DNA from: an uncultured virus (IMG/VR IMGVR_UViG_3300030099_006113)
Taxonomy: Duplodnaviria > Heunggongvirae > Uroviricota > Caudoviricetes
DNA: 64,000 nucleotides
IMG/VR virus record: IMGVR_UViG_3300030099_006113
Span: 1 to 64,000 of that record
Reading direction: 5' to 3' (one strand)
The position numbers were made by a program, and so were the translations under genes. A model generated the notes under the pieces. It was not told the DNA's origin. It saw nothing but the letters and a program-made list of their open reading frames with translations, and searched no databases. Below are positions 10,381 to 18,904 of this stretch, one piece after another; positions within the stretch are counted from its first letter, which is position 1, and every line of letters starts with the position of its first letter.

Positions 10381-11120
10381 CAGTAGCTCTTGTAGTTGAT
10401 GTGGTCGTCAAGGTAGACGCCAGTTCTGACGTCGGTAATTTTGGAAGACTCGCCCGCGTCTCTATTTGCGGATGCCGCCTCAAGCCGTTTGCGCAATTGC
10501 TCTTTGTAGATCATGTGAGGCTGAGTGTTGGACTCTTCCTTCATCAAGCATTTGATGGCGGCATCTACCACCAAATACTCCTCGTAGCCTTTTGCGATTT
10601 GAGGAGCAAGGCTGACAATCGTTGCGCTGGTCGACCCCGCATCAAACTGTTGAGCTTCGGGAATATAGTGCAGCTTTGCAGTTCCAGATGTTGCCGGAGA
10701 AGGAATAAACTTAATCTTGTTTCCTTGAATGGCGTATCTGGTGTCTGCGATTCTGGATGCTACAATTGCAGGCGCATTGTACATGTTGCGCTCTTGGAAG
10801 GTAAATCTCATCATTCGGTAGGTTAAACCGCCGGATGTAAAATCAACCCCAAGTGCTTTATAGAAGTCTGTTGGAAGTGTGCCTGGGTTGTCGGCGGGGA
10901 GCGTATAGTCTCCAGACTTTGGGGACTCAGAGCTGTCTTTAACGTAGTAGTCTTCATACTTCGTCACCAGAAGATCGTGAATCTCTGCCATGGCCACGTT
11001 GATGTAGTCGACAACTTCCGAGTCTGAAACAAAGGTAGAGCCCACCATGTCAGCCCGCTGTCTTACGCGGGTGATGAGCTGGGCGAGGGTGGTAGTGTTA
11101 TTCGGCATCCAGCCCTCCAA
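10380..11120 (-). CDS. Head-tail adaptor/tubular protein A-like
   Basis: TLAQLITRVRQRAD...DYIN...HDLLV; position between capsid and nozzle; homolog 47169..47861. Confidence 0.7.
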   Translation of the reverse strand: MEGWMPNNTTTLAQLITRVRQRADMVGSTFVSDSEVVDYINVAMAEIHDLLVTKYEDYYVKDSSESPKSGDYTLPADNPGTLPTDFYKALGVDFTSGGLTYRMMRFTFQERNMYNAPAIVASRIADTRYAIQGNKIKFIPSPATSGTAKLHYIPEAQQFDAGSTSATIVSLAPQIAKGYEEYLVVDAAIKCLMKEESNTQPHMIYKEQLRKRLEAASANRDAGESSKITDVRTGVYLDDHINYKSY

Positions 11121-11124
11121 TAAA

Positions 11125-11149
11125 GGACCGGGGGCTTTCGCCCCCGTCC
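11125..11149 (-). terminator. GC hairpin with GAAA loop after capsid cluster
   Basis: Minus strand GGACGGGGGC-GAAA-GCCCCCGGTCC then TTTATT (weak U-tract). Confidence 0.5.
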
Positions 11150-11151
11150 AA

Positions 11152-11349
11152 TTAGTTCATACTGACGTCGTAGAGGTCCTGTAGCGCTTGCGCTACCATC
11201 TCTCCGTCGCCATCCGCGATAGCCTTGAGGAAAGCATCTCCTGCTTCTTTCTTGGCCATCCTTGAGTAGCCTTCACCCTCTTCTTTGCCTTCGGATGACT
11301 CCTTGGCTTTGTCGAGGATCATGACCGCCAGGTTACCTTGGTCGGGCAT
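11152..11349 (-). CDS. Small acidic hypothetical protein
   Basis: LAVMIL...AFLKAI...ALQD; homolog 47861..48091. Confidence 0.6.
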   Translation of the reverse strand: MPDQGNLAVMILDKAKESSEGKEEGEGYSRMAKKEAGDAFLKAIADGDGEMVAQALQDLYDVSMN

Positions 11350-11359
11350 TTTAGGCTCC

Positions 11360-11728
11360 TTAGGTTACACTGCTGTTTTTGAGCAGCAACATAAAAGTAA
11401 ACTCACCATCTGCTGGGGTCGCGTCTGCCGTCCCCGCAGTATCATGGGCTGCAAAAGTTACTGTTTTTGCGCTGGTGACATCATGCGCTTTTAGCCGCAT
11501 AAAGTCATCGTCATCAGCACCGGCAATATTTAGAGTAGCACCTGCATGGAGCAGCCCCGAATACTTGTCATCCAGCGTGATAATTACCACACCCGTCGAA
11601 AAGTCTCCGACAGTAAAGCCTGCGCCATCAGCAACTGTGCACTCACCGCTACTCACTGTGACGCGACCTGCAATAATTTTAAGCGCGCGCTCTAGCGCTT
11701 GCACGTTTTTAAAATCACGACTAGCCAT
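11360..11728 (-). CDS. Putative capsid decoration/minor structural protein
   Basis: Beta-rich, directly after the MCP; homolog 48139..48483 (IAG, G.GF, LD..Y.GLL). Confidence 0.55.
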   Translation of the reverse strand: MASRDFKNVQALERALKIIAGRVTVSSGECTVADGAGFTVGDFSTGVVIITLDDKYSGLLHAGATLNIAGADDDDFMRLKAHDVTSAKTVTFAAHDTAGTADATPADGEFTFMLLLKNSSVT

Positions 11729-11754
11729 AACTCATCTCCTTTCTTGGGTCTGAA

Positions 11755-12984
11755 TTAAGCCAATGCGATTCGGCAGTTGTAACCAGGTGCGTTGCAAGCC
11801 AGGTTTCCGTAGTACCCGAGGCGTACCTCGTAAGCATCTGCCGAATTTTCTCGAAGCATTTGGTTGTTGTCAAAGTCAAGGAACATTGGAGCTTCGCCCA
11901 AAGTGTTAAGGCTCCAGGTATCAAGCTGAAGCATCCACGCAATGTTTGGTTGCGCGTTTTGGTCAGGAATAATATCAATGATTCCTCGTGGTCCACGAAG
12001 AGCAATTGACGCAAATCCCATATCAACGTCACGAGCCTTAACTTCGCCGTACACAACCTTAGAGCTAAGAGCTTTTTCAATGTTTGCAAACGTCTTGAAG
12101 TCAACAAAGCAGTGAGTAGGAGCGCCACCTTCTCGACTTACGAGAGAAGCGCCTTCGATAAGAGCTTCTTCAATCGGAAGAGCGGAGCCGTCAAAACGCT
12201 GACCACCGAGACGAGACACGTCTGTGCTTCGGTCTTGGCTAAACAGGGTCTTGTTGTTTGTATCCAGAACGCGAGGAACCCACGCTTCTAGGCCGCTAAT
12301 TTTAACATTCAAGTCGCCCTTTTGAAGCACTTGGTTATGAAGCGCCGGCGAACCTGTTGTTCCCGAAACAGTAAACGTGCCCGCCGAGCGGTCAACCGCT
12401 GTAACCGTAAGGTCTCCACCAATCTGGTTTAGTGGATCTGGCTTACGGAATCGTGAATCCGTTGTTGATGTGGTTTGATGCTGGAAAACATTGAGCACCA
12501 TGCCAACTTCAAAGTTGGTAATGTCCTCGGCGTCAGTGAGCGTATATGTACCACTAGACTCGCTTGAGACGGTTCCGATAGAGCCTGTCCCGTCCCGATA
12601 CATTGACGTAGCCAAAGACCGAGTTAGCGAGTGCATTGCGCCGTCAATCTCCATGGTGGCGTAGCGCAAGAAAGCATCGCTGTCTCGCTCCGTAGCCTTG
12701 ATGGACTCGCCGGTAATGCTTGCGAATGAGTAATCCTTCACGCGTGTCAGTACAAATTGACCAAGCGAGGATGTAGAGTCTACGCCCTGACCGCTAGCGA
12801 ATGTTGCACTTCGTCGCTGCGGATTTCCGAAAATCAACGGAATGGGCATATTCTCGCCGCCGAACTTTGTGTACTTCGGCATAAGGGCGAGAAGCGGATT
12901 GTCTTTATAAACCATGTTCTGGACGCGAAGGGGCTTGTAGTGCTCCTTCAGCGCCTGGGTAACTGTTGCAATGTCGAGCGCCAT
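11755..12984 (-). CDS. Major capsid protein
   Basis: 409 aa after the scaffold; shares VTRVKDY-like, RLGGQR and YYGNL.C.APGYNCRIALA with 48495..49736. Confidence 0.85.
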   Translation of the reverse strand: MALDIATVTQALKEHYKPLRVQNMVYKDNPLLALMPKYTKFGGENMPIPLIFGNPQRRSATFASGQGVDSTSSLGQFVLTRVKDYSFASITGESIKATERDSDAFLRYATMEIDGAMHSLTRSLATSMYRDGTGSIGTVSSESSGTYTLTDAEDITNFEVGMVLNVFQHQTTSTTDSRFRKPDPLNQIGGDLTVTAVDRSAGTFTVSGTTGSPALHNQVLQKGDLNVKISGLEAWVPRVLDTNNKTLFSQDRSTDVSRLGGQRFDGSALPIEEALIEGASLVSREGGAPTHCFVDFKTFANIEKALSSKVVYGEVKARDVDMGFASIALRGPRGIIDIIPDQNAQPNIAWMLQLDTWSLNTLGEAPMFLDFDNNQMLRENSADAYEVRLGYYGNLACNAPGYNCRIALA

Positions 12985-13007
12985 TTCTTAACTCCAGTAA
13001 GTGCCGG

Positions 13008-13865
13008 TTATTCCCAGCGTAAAAGCGAGGCAGCGCGCTCCAGAGACTTTTCTTTGCTCTCTAGGGCACCGCTAGACGGTTCTGTTTTCTTAGCAGTGTT
13101 TTCATTGCTAAGTGTTTTTGGCCGTGATGATTTCGCTGTTTCGGCTTCTGGAGTCGCTTCTTCTGTTTCGGGCTCTTTTTGACTAGTGGCCCGCCACTTA
13201 TCTTGCAGCTTCTTGCTGCTCAGGTATCGCTCTGCTTCGGATTCAAAATGGCTTTCAACCATTTTTGCAGCGTCTGAATACTCCATGATCTCTTTCGTGC
13301 GGATGTAGTGCTGTTGCATAACTTCCGCGACGAGACCATAGGCATCATTCGACTGAATGAATTCGTAGTCACCACCATCGTCAACGAATTGCTTTACGTT
13401 GTCAATTAATTTGTTGCGGGCCGCCTGGGCCTGGGCCTGCTCGCGTTGCTTGTTTTCCTCGTTGTAGGCACCTTCAAGCTTCTCGATGCGAGCACGCAAA
13501 GCCTCGTTTTCGAGCTTTAATTTCTGGTCAGCCGTGGGCTCACCCTCGTTGATGACCTGCTGCGTCAAAGCATCGTAGTCAATCCCCAGTTTTTTTATCG
13601 CCTCGTAGGGGTTTTCTTTGGCTAGTGACTGAATTCCCGAATACTCATTTTTGTATCCCTGGACTTCGTTGTACTGGGCCTCAAGCTCCTTGAGCCTCGC
13701 CTCCCTGCTGCGCAGCTCCCTCTCTCTTCTTGCAATCGCCCCAAACTGACGAGAAAAGTCTGGCTTCTCTTCGACGGCTTCGGCGACTTCGGCGGCTTCC
13801 GTTGCCGCCTCTTCGACCGCCTCTTCTACAACCTCTGCCGGTGGTGCTTCCTGCTGCTCTTCCAT
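13008..13865 (-). CDS. Scaffolding protein
   Basis: Acidic coiled-coil between portal and MCP. Confidence 0.7.
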   Translation of the reverse strand: MEEQQEAPPAEVVEEAVEEAATEAAEVAEAVEEKPDFSRQFGAIARRERELRSREARLKELEAQYNEVQGYKNEYSGIQSLAKENPYEAIKKLGIDYDALTQQVINEGEPTADQKLKLENEALRARIEKLEGAYNEENKQREQAQAQAARNKLIDNVKQFVDDGGDYEFIQSNDAYGLVAEVMQQHYIRTKEIMEYSDAAKMVESHFESEAERYLSSKKLQDKWRATSQKEPETEEATPEAETAKSSRPKTLSNENTAKKTEPSSGALESKEKSLERAASLLRWE

Positions 13866-13874
13866 TTAAATCTC

Positions 13875-15689
13875 CTATGTTGGCATTGGGGCGGCCACTT
13901 GCTCTTGGGCCGCCTCTTGTCCTGATAAAGCGTTTGGCCGGGCGCCCTGCTGGGCAACATCTTGCTCCATTGGTGGCGCTGCGGCCTGTTGCTGCATTGA
14001 TGCGAGCATTGCGATAGAGTCCTGCAAGAACCTGCGCAGCAAATCGAGCCGAACCTCAGGCACGTTGTCTATCTTGGCCTTGAGATAGGCTGATTGGACC
14101 ATTTGGATGCCCATCGCCAGGTTCATAAACGGTTCCGGCGGATTGTAGCGTCCATTGCTGATTGCTTCGTCAATAATCTTGTTAAAAAGCTCCTGAGAAG
14201 CAGTCGCCAACTGGTTTACGGCTTCCAGGTCGGGGTAATCGAGCAGGGCGCGAGCCTCTTGCTGGGTGACCATGCCCGCTTGCAGCATTTCGATGACTTT
14301 TTGGAGCTTTGCGGCCGGTGTTGTTGGCAGCAGCGACGTTGGATAGACCTTCATAACGTATTCTGCGCTCTCTAGGTCTATTTCCTTCCAGTTGATGCGC
14401 TCTATGTTTTCATCGCCATGGCTAAACACCTCATAGGCGTCTCCGCGCTGTGCGACATCTCGTGCGATGTCAATCATCTGCTCTGCGGCTTCCAAAAAGA
14501 GGTTTTCGTAATCTTTGGCGACCATGATAAAGCGCTCGGTCTCAATGTCTTGGAACTCACGCAGCGCTACACCGGACTCAAGCCCGGCTGGCTTTTTGGA
14601 CTGCGCAGCAAGCACGCTGACGCCGGCAATCTCGTATGCACGAGTAAACAGCCGGTCTAGGTGTACAAAAATTTCCCCAGACACTGTCTTGGGTACAAAA
14701 AACGTTGGTGGTGTTCCGGCATACTCAATGATGCCCCAAATCTCGTTGTTGATGTGTGCCTTGGAGATTTTAGAGCCTGCTTCGACAAAAACCTTCGGCG
14801 TGGCCAGGTGCATTTGCTCCTGAATCATGCGCAGGAGCTTGTTGATTTCTACCTGAATGCCGGTGAGCTGTTCGGCTAACCCTTGGCCAAAAAAGCCCAA
14901 TAGGCGCTCGGTCCAGCGGATAAAGCAGAACGGGAAAGAGTGTCGCTCGTAGGAGTCATCCATGAGCGTGCAATTCTCAATAGCTATTACATGTCGTCCA
15001 TCGTTAGACTTCTTGGACGACGGGAGGTGCCACGCTTCGATGCATACAATCTGCTCACTAGCATGATTGTACTGAGTATCATCATCTTCATAATTAGACG
15101 CTTCATAAATCTTGTCCTTGGCCTCTGGAAATAAAGCTGCCAGTACATCCTTAGAGACCAGCTTCTGTTGGAACATCTGTCTTGGTTCTGAGTATCTGCA
15201 CTCAAGATCGTCGATGATAATCTCATCAATAAAGACCCTCTCAACCTTGATGTCTCCATCTTCTTCAAAGACCTTCATGGCCCCGGTGCCAAACACGCAG
15301 GCGTCCAGGAATACCTTAGGCGCGACCTTGTAGATGCCTGACTCGTAGAACTGGCCCTCGGTAAACTTGGTTAGGAGCTTTGCCTTTTGCTGCATGCTCC
15401 AGTCGCCACCGGATGTGAGGTAGGTTGCCATGGGTTTTGCCTTGGCCACCCGCGCTGTCACCGTGTCGCACATCGATTGGATGATGTTGAGCGTAACTCG
15501 GCTCTTGGTGTTCTTCACCATGGTCATCGAGTTTTGTAGGTCTGACAAGAATGCGTTGCCGTAGAGCCGCGCATGGTTAAAATTGTCTCTTTTTCGGTAC
15601 TTCTGGTTCTCTGTCAGTTGTTCAACCGTGTCAAAAACCATCTCATGCGGGTCTGTCTGGACGTTCCACCAGTATGTGCTCGGCTTCAT
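13875..15689 (-). CDS. Portal protein
   Basis: 604 aa after terL; DACVFGTG, FFGQGLAE, SKKPAGLESG; homolog 50664..52487. Confidence 0.85.
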   Translation of the reverse strand: MKPSTYWWNVQTDPHEMVFDTVEQLTENQKYRKRDNFNHARLYGNAFLSDLQNSMTMVKNTKSRVTLNIIQSMCDTVTARVAKAKPMATYLTSGGDWSMQQKAKLLTKFTEGQFYESGIYKVAPKVFLDACVFGTGAMKVFEEDGDIKVERVFIDEIIIDDLECRYSEPRQMFQQKLVSKDVLAALFPEAKDKIYEASNYEDDDTQYNHASEQIVCIEAWHLPSSKKSNDGRHVIAIENCTLMDDSYERHSFPFCFIRWTERLLGFFGQGLAEQLTGIQVEINKLLRMIQEQMHLATPKVFVEAGSKISKAHINNEIWGIIEYAGTPPTFFVPKTVSGEIFVHLDRLFTRAYEIAGVSVLAAQSKKPAGLESGVALREFQDIETERFIMVAKDYENLFLEAAEQMIDIARDVAQRGDAYEVFSHGDENIERINWKEIDLESAEYVMKVYPTSLLPTTPAAKLQKVIEMLQAGMVTQQEARALLDYPDLEAVNQLATASQELFNKIIDEAISNGRYNPPEPFMNLAMGIQMVQSAYLKAKIDNVPEVRLDLLRRFLQDSIAMLASMQQQAAAPPMEQDVAQQGARPNALSGQEAAQEQVAAPMPT

Positions 15690-15693
15690 TTAT

Positions 15694-15891
15694 TCACTCC
15701 ACTGAATAAAAAAGGTCTTCTTCATCATCTGGAATGCTCTCATCCACCAGAGCCCCCACAGGCACGGCCTGACTATAGCGCTGGCGCGGCTTTTCCCAGA
15801 GTTCTACTTCTATATCACCAACCCTCAGACGCTTGAGCCCGTGCTCTTGTGCCAGGGCTATTATCAATTCAACGTCCATTCTGATTCCCAC
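15694..15891 (-). CDS. Small conserved protein between terL and portal
   Basis: Homolog 52484..52750 (EH...EIE/EVE, acidic tail DLFYS/YLYWS). Confidence 0.55.
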   Translation of the reverse strand: MGIRMDVELIIALAQEHGLKRLRVGDIEVELWEKPRQRYSQAVPVGALVDESIPDDEEDLFYSVE

Positions 15892-17291
15892 CAGTCTTTC
15901 TCCGGCTCATATATCTTGTCTTCGATGCGCTGCATAATCTTGAACTCTTCTTGGGAGTATCCATCAGGGACGTAGTCTGTGTCGTCTTGAAATGTGTAGT
16001 GGCGGCTCTCCCGCCAGGCATAGAGGCAGGCATCGGACAGGTGGTTGTCAAACCGAGGGTCTTCCTTGCGTCGGTCTTCGTCCCATTGTAAAACATCCCA
16101 TTCGGCTAAGATGCTTTGGTCTAGTACCTTCACCCTGCCTGTCGCTAGATCGTCGTTCATTAGCTCTATGTAGCTGCCCTTGTTGCGCTTTTCCGCAGCC
16201 TTCAAGGGCAGCGAATAGCGCTTTCTAAACTCCTCGACAATCGACTTACCCAGGCCCCCGGTATCGGCCACCATGGTCGTAAACCCATAGATAGCGTCCA
16301 TATCCCGTATCGCCGCCGCAATATCCACCGGCAGCATGTGGCTCTTCTTGAATGCATCGACAATGTAGAAGTCAGGCAAGTCCCGACAAAAAGCCCCCAC
16401 CACCAGCGCCGTCGCATCTTCGTACCCAAGGTCAATCCCGAGCACGTACTCAAAATCAAACTCATCTAGGGGTACAGACTCGACTAAGTTCTCTTCGTTG
16501 TATTTGTAAATCAGTGAGTCATCCGAGCGCACCCACTTGCCCCGCCACTCACGCAGGTAGATGGGGTTATCCTCGGCCCACCTCTTTTGCTTACGCCTCT
16601 TGGCTAGCCACTCCCCAGCATGCGGAATGTGCGGGTTCTCCATGATGGTCCAGCTGTGGGTGGAATACTCCGACCTAATCCCAGTGGTGGCCTCATAGAA
16701 AATACCCGAGCAGTGAGCCGCCGGTGTCCCAATCATCGCAAGCGTTCCGTTGTGGTCAACAAGCGCTGGCTCCAAAACCTCTTCGATGAGCACCGACAAG
16801 TGCGGCCCGAACGACGCCGCCTCATCGATGATAACCAACCGGTACGCCGAGCCACGGAGCTTGTCGACCTCGGCCTCGTCATCCGCCCCCGCCAGAATAA
16901 TTTGAGAGCCATTCTTCAGCTCCGCCACCAGTTCAGCATTGTTGAACTTGATGTTCAGCATATACTTTCGGTCGGCCTTCTTAAGCTCCGCCCACATCAG
17001 TCGCTTGGCTGACCGCCTGGTCAATGCGATGTAGGCACAGATGATGTCCGGGGTCCGACTGGCCTCTTCAAGCAGGTAATAGCACGAAGCATACGTCTTC
17101 CCGCTTCGACGGCTGCACAGCGCCGTCTTGATCTGTGACTCGTCGTCAATAAACTTGAGCTGGTAATCAAACAAGTCATTGCGCCATTTGAAAGTACGAT
17201 GCCCTAGCTCGCGATTGTCTTCGAGCTTTGTCGTATCGCCAAACCGGCGAACATACTCCTGGAGTATGCTATCGGCATCATACTGCTTCAC
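15864..17291 (-). CDS. terL: Terminase large subunit
   Basis: Walker A CSRRSGKT, Walker B VIIDEAA, nuclease GIDLG and HLSDACLY. Confidence 0.95.
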   Translation of the reverse strand: MKQYDADSILQEYVRRFGDTTKLEDNRELGHRTFKWRNDLFDYQLKFIDDESQIKTALCSRRSGKTYASCYYLLEEASRTPDIICAYIALTRRSAKRLMWAELKKADRKYMLNIKFNNAELVAELKNGSQIILAGADDEAEVDKLRGSAYRLVIIDEAASFGPHLSVLIEEVLEPALVDHNGTLAMIGTPAAHCSGIFYEATTGIRSEYSTHSWTIMENPHIPHAGEWLAKRRKQKRWAEDNPIYLREWRGKWVRSDDSLIYKYNEENLVESVPLDEFDFEYVLGIDLGYEDATALVVGAFCRDLPDFYIVDAFKKSHMLPVDIAAAIRDMDAIYGFTTMVADTGGLGKSIVEEFRKRYSLPLKAAEKRNKGSYIELMNDDLATGRVKVLDQSILAEWDVLQWDEDRRKEDPRFDNHLSDACLYAWRESRHYTFQDDTDYVPDGYSQEEFKIMQRIEDKIYEPEKDWWESEWTLN

Positions 17292-17532
17292 TGACCGCCT
17301 TCTTTGGTCGCCCTCGCTTGGGCTTAATCACCGCCCCATCAATCTTCATCCATGAGACTGACGACATCGGCACGGCAAACTCACTGCCGCTATCATGCGA
17401 GACCAGCAAAAACTGCCCATCCACCTTAAGACTAAACCCCTTGGTGGCCGGGTGATTCACATCGATAAACGTCTGGTTCATCAATGGCTTTACATCCGCG
17501 TTAAACCTAACTGCATACACCTTCATTGGCAA
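17278..17532 (-). CDS. Hypothetical protein with C-terminal KRGRPKK
   Basis: Overlaps both neighbours in the operon; AT-hook-like tail. Confidence 0.6.
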   Translation of the reverse strand: MPMKVYAVRFNADVKPLMNQTFIDVNHPATKGFSLKVDGQFLLVSHDSGSEFAVPMSSVSWMKIDGAVIKPKRGRPKKAVSEAV

Positions 17533-17944
17533 ACCTCTCCAGCATGTCTAGCCGCTGCATTTGCGGCGCATACTCAAACTCAATCTTTTTCAGTATTTCT
17601 TTCGATGGCTTGTAGGCCCCCATAATCGGCCCACTCTCCCACCCGGTCGCCTTCATCAGTGTGATGCCTACACCAAATCGCCGAAACGGCGCTTTGACAT
17701 ACATGAACTGATACACGGGCAAACGATAGCACACCCACCCACAGATATCATCATCCGACCCCTCCGGAGTTGCCACAAGGATGCGGCACCCGCGCACGAC
17801 CTCTCGGATGATATCAACCTGCGCCCCGTACACGAGACCCCTGGGAACATCTTTGTTTCGTCCCGCATACGACTTCACCCAAGAGGAATATACAAACGCC
17901 ATATCCTCCGGGCGCCCTTCTCTAATCCGAATCACTTCCGCCAT
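17507..17944 (-). CDS. GNAT-family acetyltransferase-like protein
   Basis: FMYVKAPFRRFGVG acetyl-CoA-binding-type motif; homolog 54247..54705. Confidence 0.65.
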   Translation of the reverse strand: MAEVIRIREGRPEDMAFVYSSWVKSYAGRNKDVPRGLVYGAQVDIIREVVRGCRILVATPEGSDDDICGWVCYRLPVYQFMYVKAPFRRFGVGITLMKATGWESGPIMGAYKPSKEILKKIEFEYAPQMQRLDMLERFANEGVCS

Positions 17945-18272
17945 CCCCCAACTGCTTCACCGCCAGCGCCTTCTCCGCTAGCATCTGAAGCGTCTCATCA
18001 TCCATCTGACTTAGTGCGTCATCCTTCTGCATATCCTCAGCCAGCTTCAGGGCCCGCATCAGCTCCGAGACCACCTTCACATCATTCGGCTCCAACTCCC
18101 GCGCCGCCGATGTGTGGATTGCCCCCTCAAGCGCCTGTTGAATCAAGGCCAGCAGGTTGTGCCGCACCACCTCAATTGACGGCACCGACACAACTTCGGC
18201 AGGGGTGAGGACTTCTTCCTCTTCCTCCTCCGGCTCTGCCAGGAGGGCATCGACATTCCAGAAGTCAGCCAT
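17922..18272 (-). CDS. Terminase small subunit candidate
   Basis: Helical, upstream of terL; C-terminal DALSQMDDETLQ matches DAIAKMSNEELE of 54698..55030. Confidence 0.45.
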   Translation of the reverse strand: MADFWNVDALLAEPEEEEEEVLTPAEVVSVPSIEVVRHNLLALIQQALEGAIHTSAARELEPNDVKVVSELMRALKLAEDMQKDDALSQMDDETLQMLAEKALAVKQLGDGGSDSD

Positions 18273-18513
18273 CGGTCAGCTCCAGCAGAAACTGAGCCCG
18301 GCGCTCCTTTACGATGTCCAACTGGCTTGCGTAGGCCGATGAGTAGTAGGCCCGGTTGTGGATGATCTTGCCAATCATCGAGCGACTGACCCCGAGCGCA
18401 TTGGCCACCAGGTCGAGCGGAGGAAGGCAATTCGACAGGTAACCCTGTCGGAGCTTGTCAATTGAACGACGGGGAATAACCTCCGCCGAGGGTCTGCCTC
18501 TGCCACGTGCCAT
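18265..18513 (-). CDS. HTH DNA-binding protein
   Basis: LDLVANALGVSRSMIGKIIH helix-turn-helix pattern. Confidence 0.65.
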   Translation of the reverse strand: MARGRGRPSAEVIPRRSIDKLRQGYLSNCLPPLDLVANALGVSRSMIGKIIHNRAYYSSAYASQLDIVKERRAQFLLELTDG

Positions 18514-18559
18514 GCTTCCTTACCATCCAGGCCCCCGAAAAGAGAGGTGCCATACATGT

Positions 18560-18588
18560 ATCGTATGGCAATGCAGTGCATTTGTCAA
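18560..18588 (-). promoter_or_regulatory. Sigma70-type promoter for late/packaging operon, overlapped by palindromic operator (18548-18570)
   Basis: Minus strand TTGACA-N17-TACGAT; palindrome TGCCATAC-N7-GTATGGCA. Confidence 0.7.
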
Positions 18589-18598
18589 AGAGGGAATA

Positions 18599-18614
18599 TG
18601 TTGCACGTGAAACA
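18599..18614. promoter_or_regulatory. parS-consensus site
   Basis: TGTTGCACGTGAAACA matches the chromosomal parS consensus TGTTNCACGTGAAACA. Confidence 0.65.
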
Positions 18615-18836
18615 AAAAAGAACCTGGACAAAAAACTTAGGCAAAAAATTTGAAACGGGGAGGTTAAGGCTAAGCCCTTGGAATCAAAAGGAAAGAACCT
18701 CGGCAAAAGAACCTAGGCGAAAAAATCAGAATGACCAGGTTCTTTATTCCCAGGAGGGAAAAGGGTGAGGGGAAAATTAGTTTTTGTGGCTATTAACGTT
18801 AGAGGGGTCCCCGGTGTCCGGGGTGGGATATCCGAT

Positions 18837-18904
18837 ATCCAACCGGTTGGTTAAACCTATCGGTTGGTTATATCGAGCGGTTGATAAAACCGACCGGTTG
18901 GTTT
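18837..18904. repeat. 4 x 17-bp tandem array of imperfect palindromes
   Basis: CGGTTG at 18844, 18861, 18878 and 18895; last unit AACCGACCGGTTGGTTT. Confidence 0.85.

Noticed and set aside
914..17012. Many plus-strand ORFs antisense to structural genes
   Set aside because: Shadow ORFs of long minus-strand genes that have homologs in phage B.
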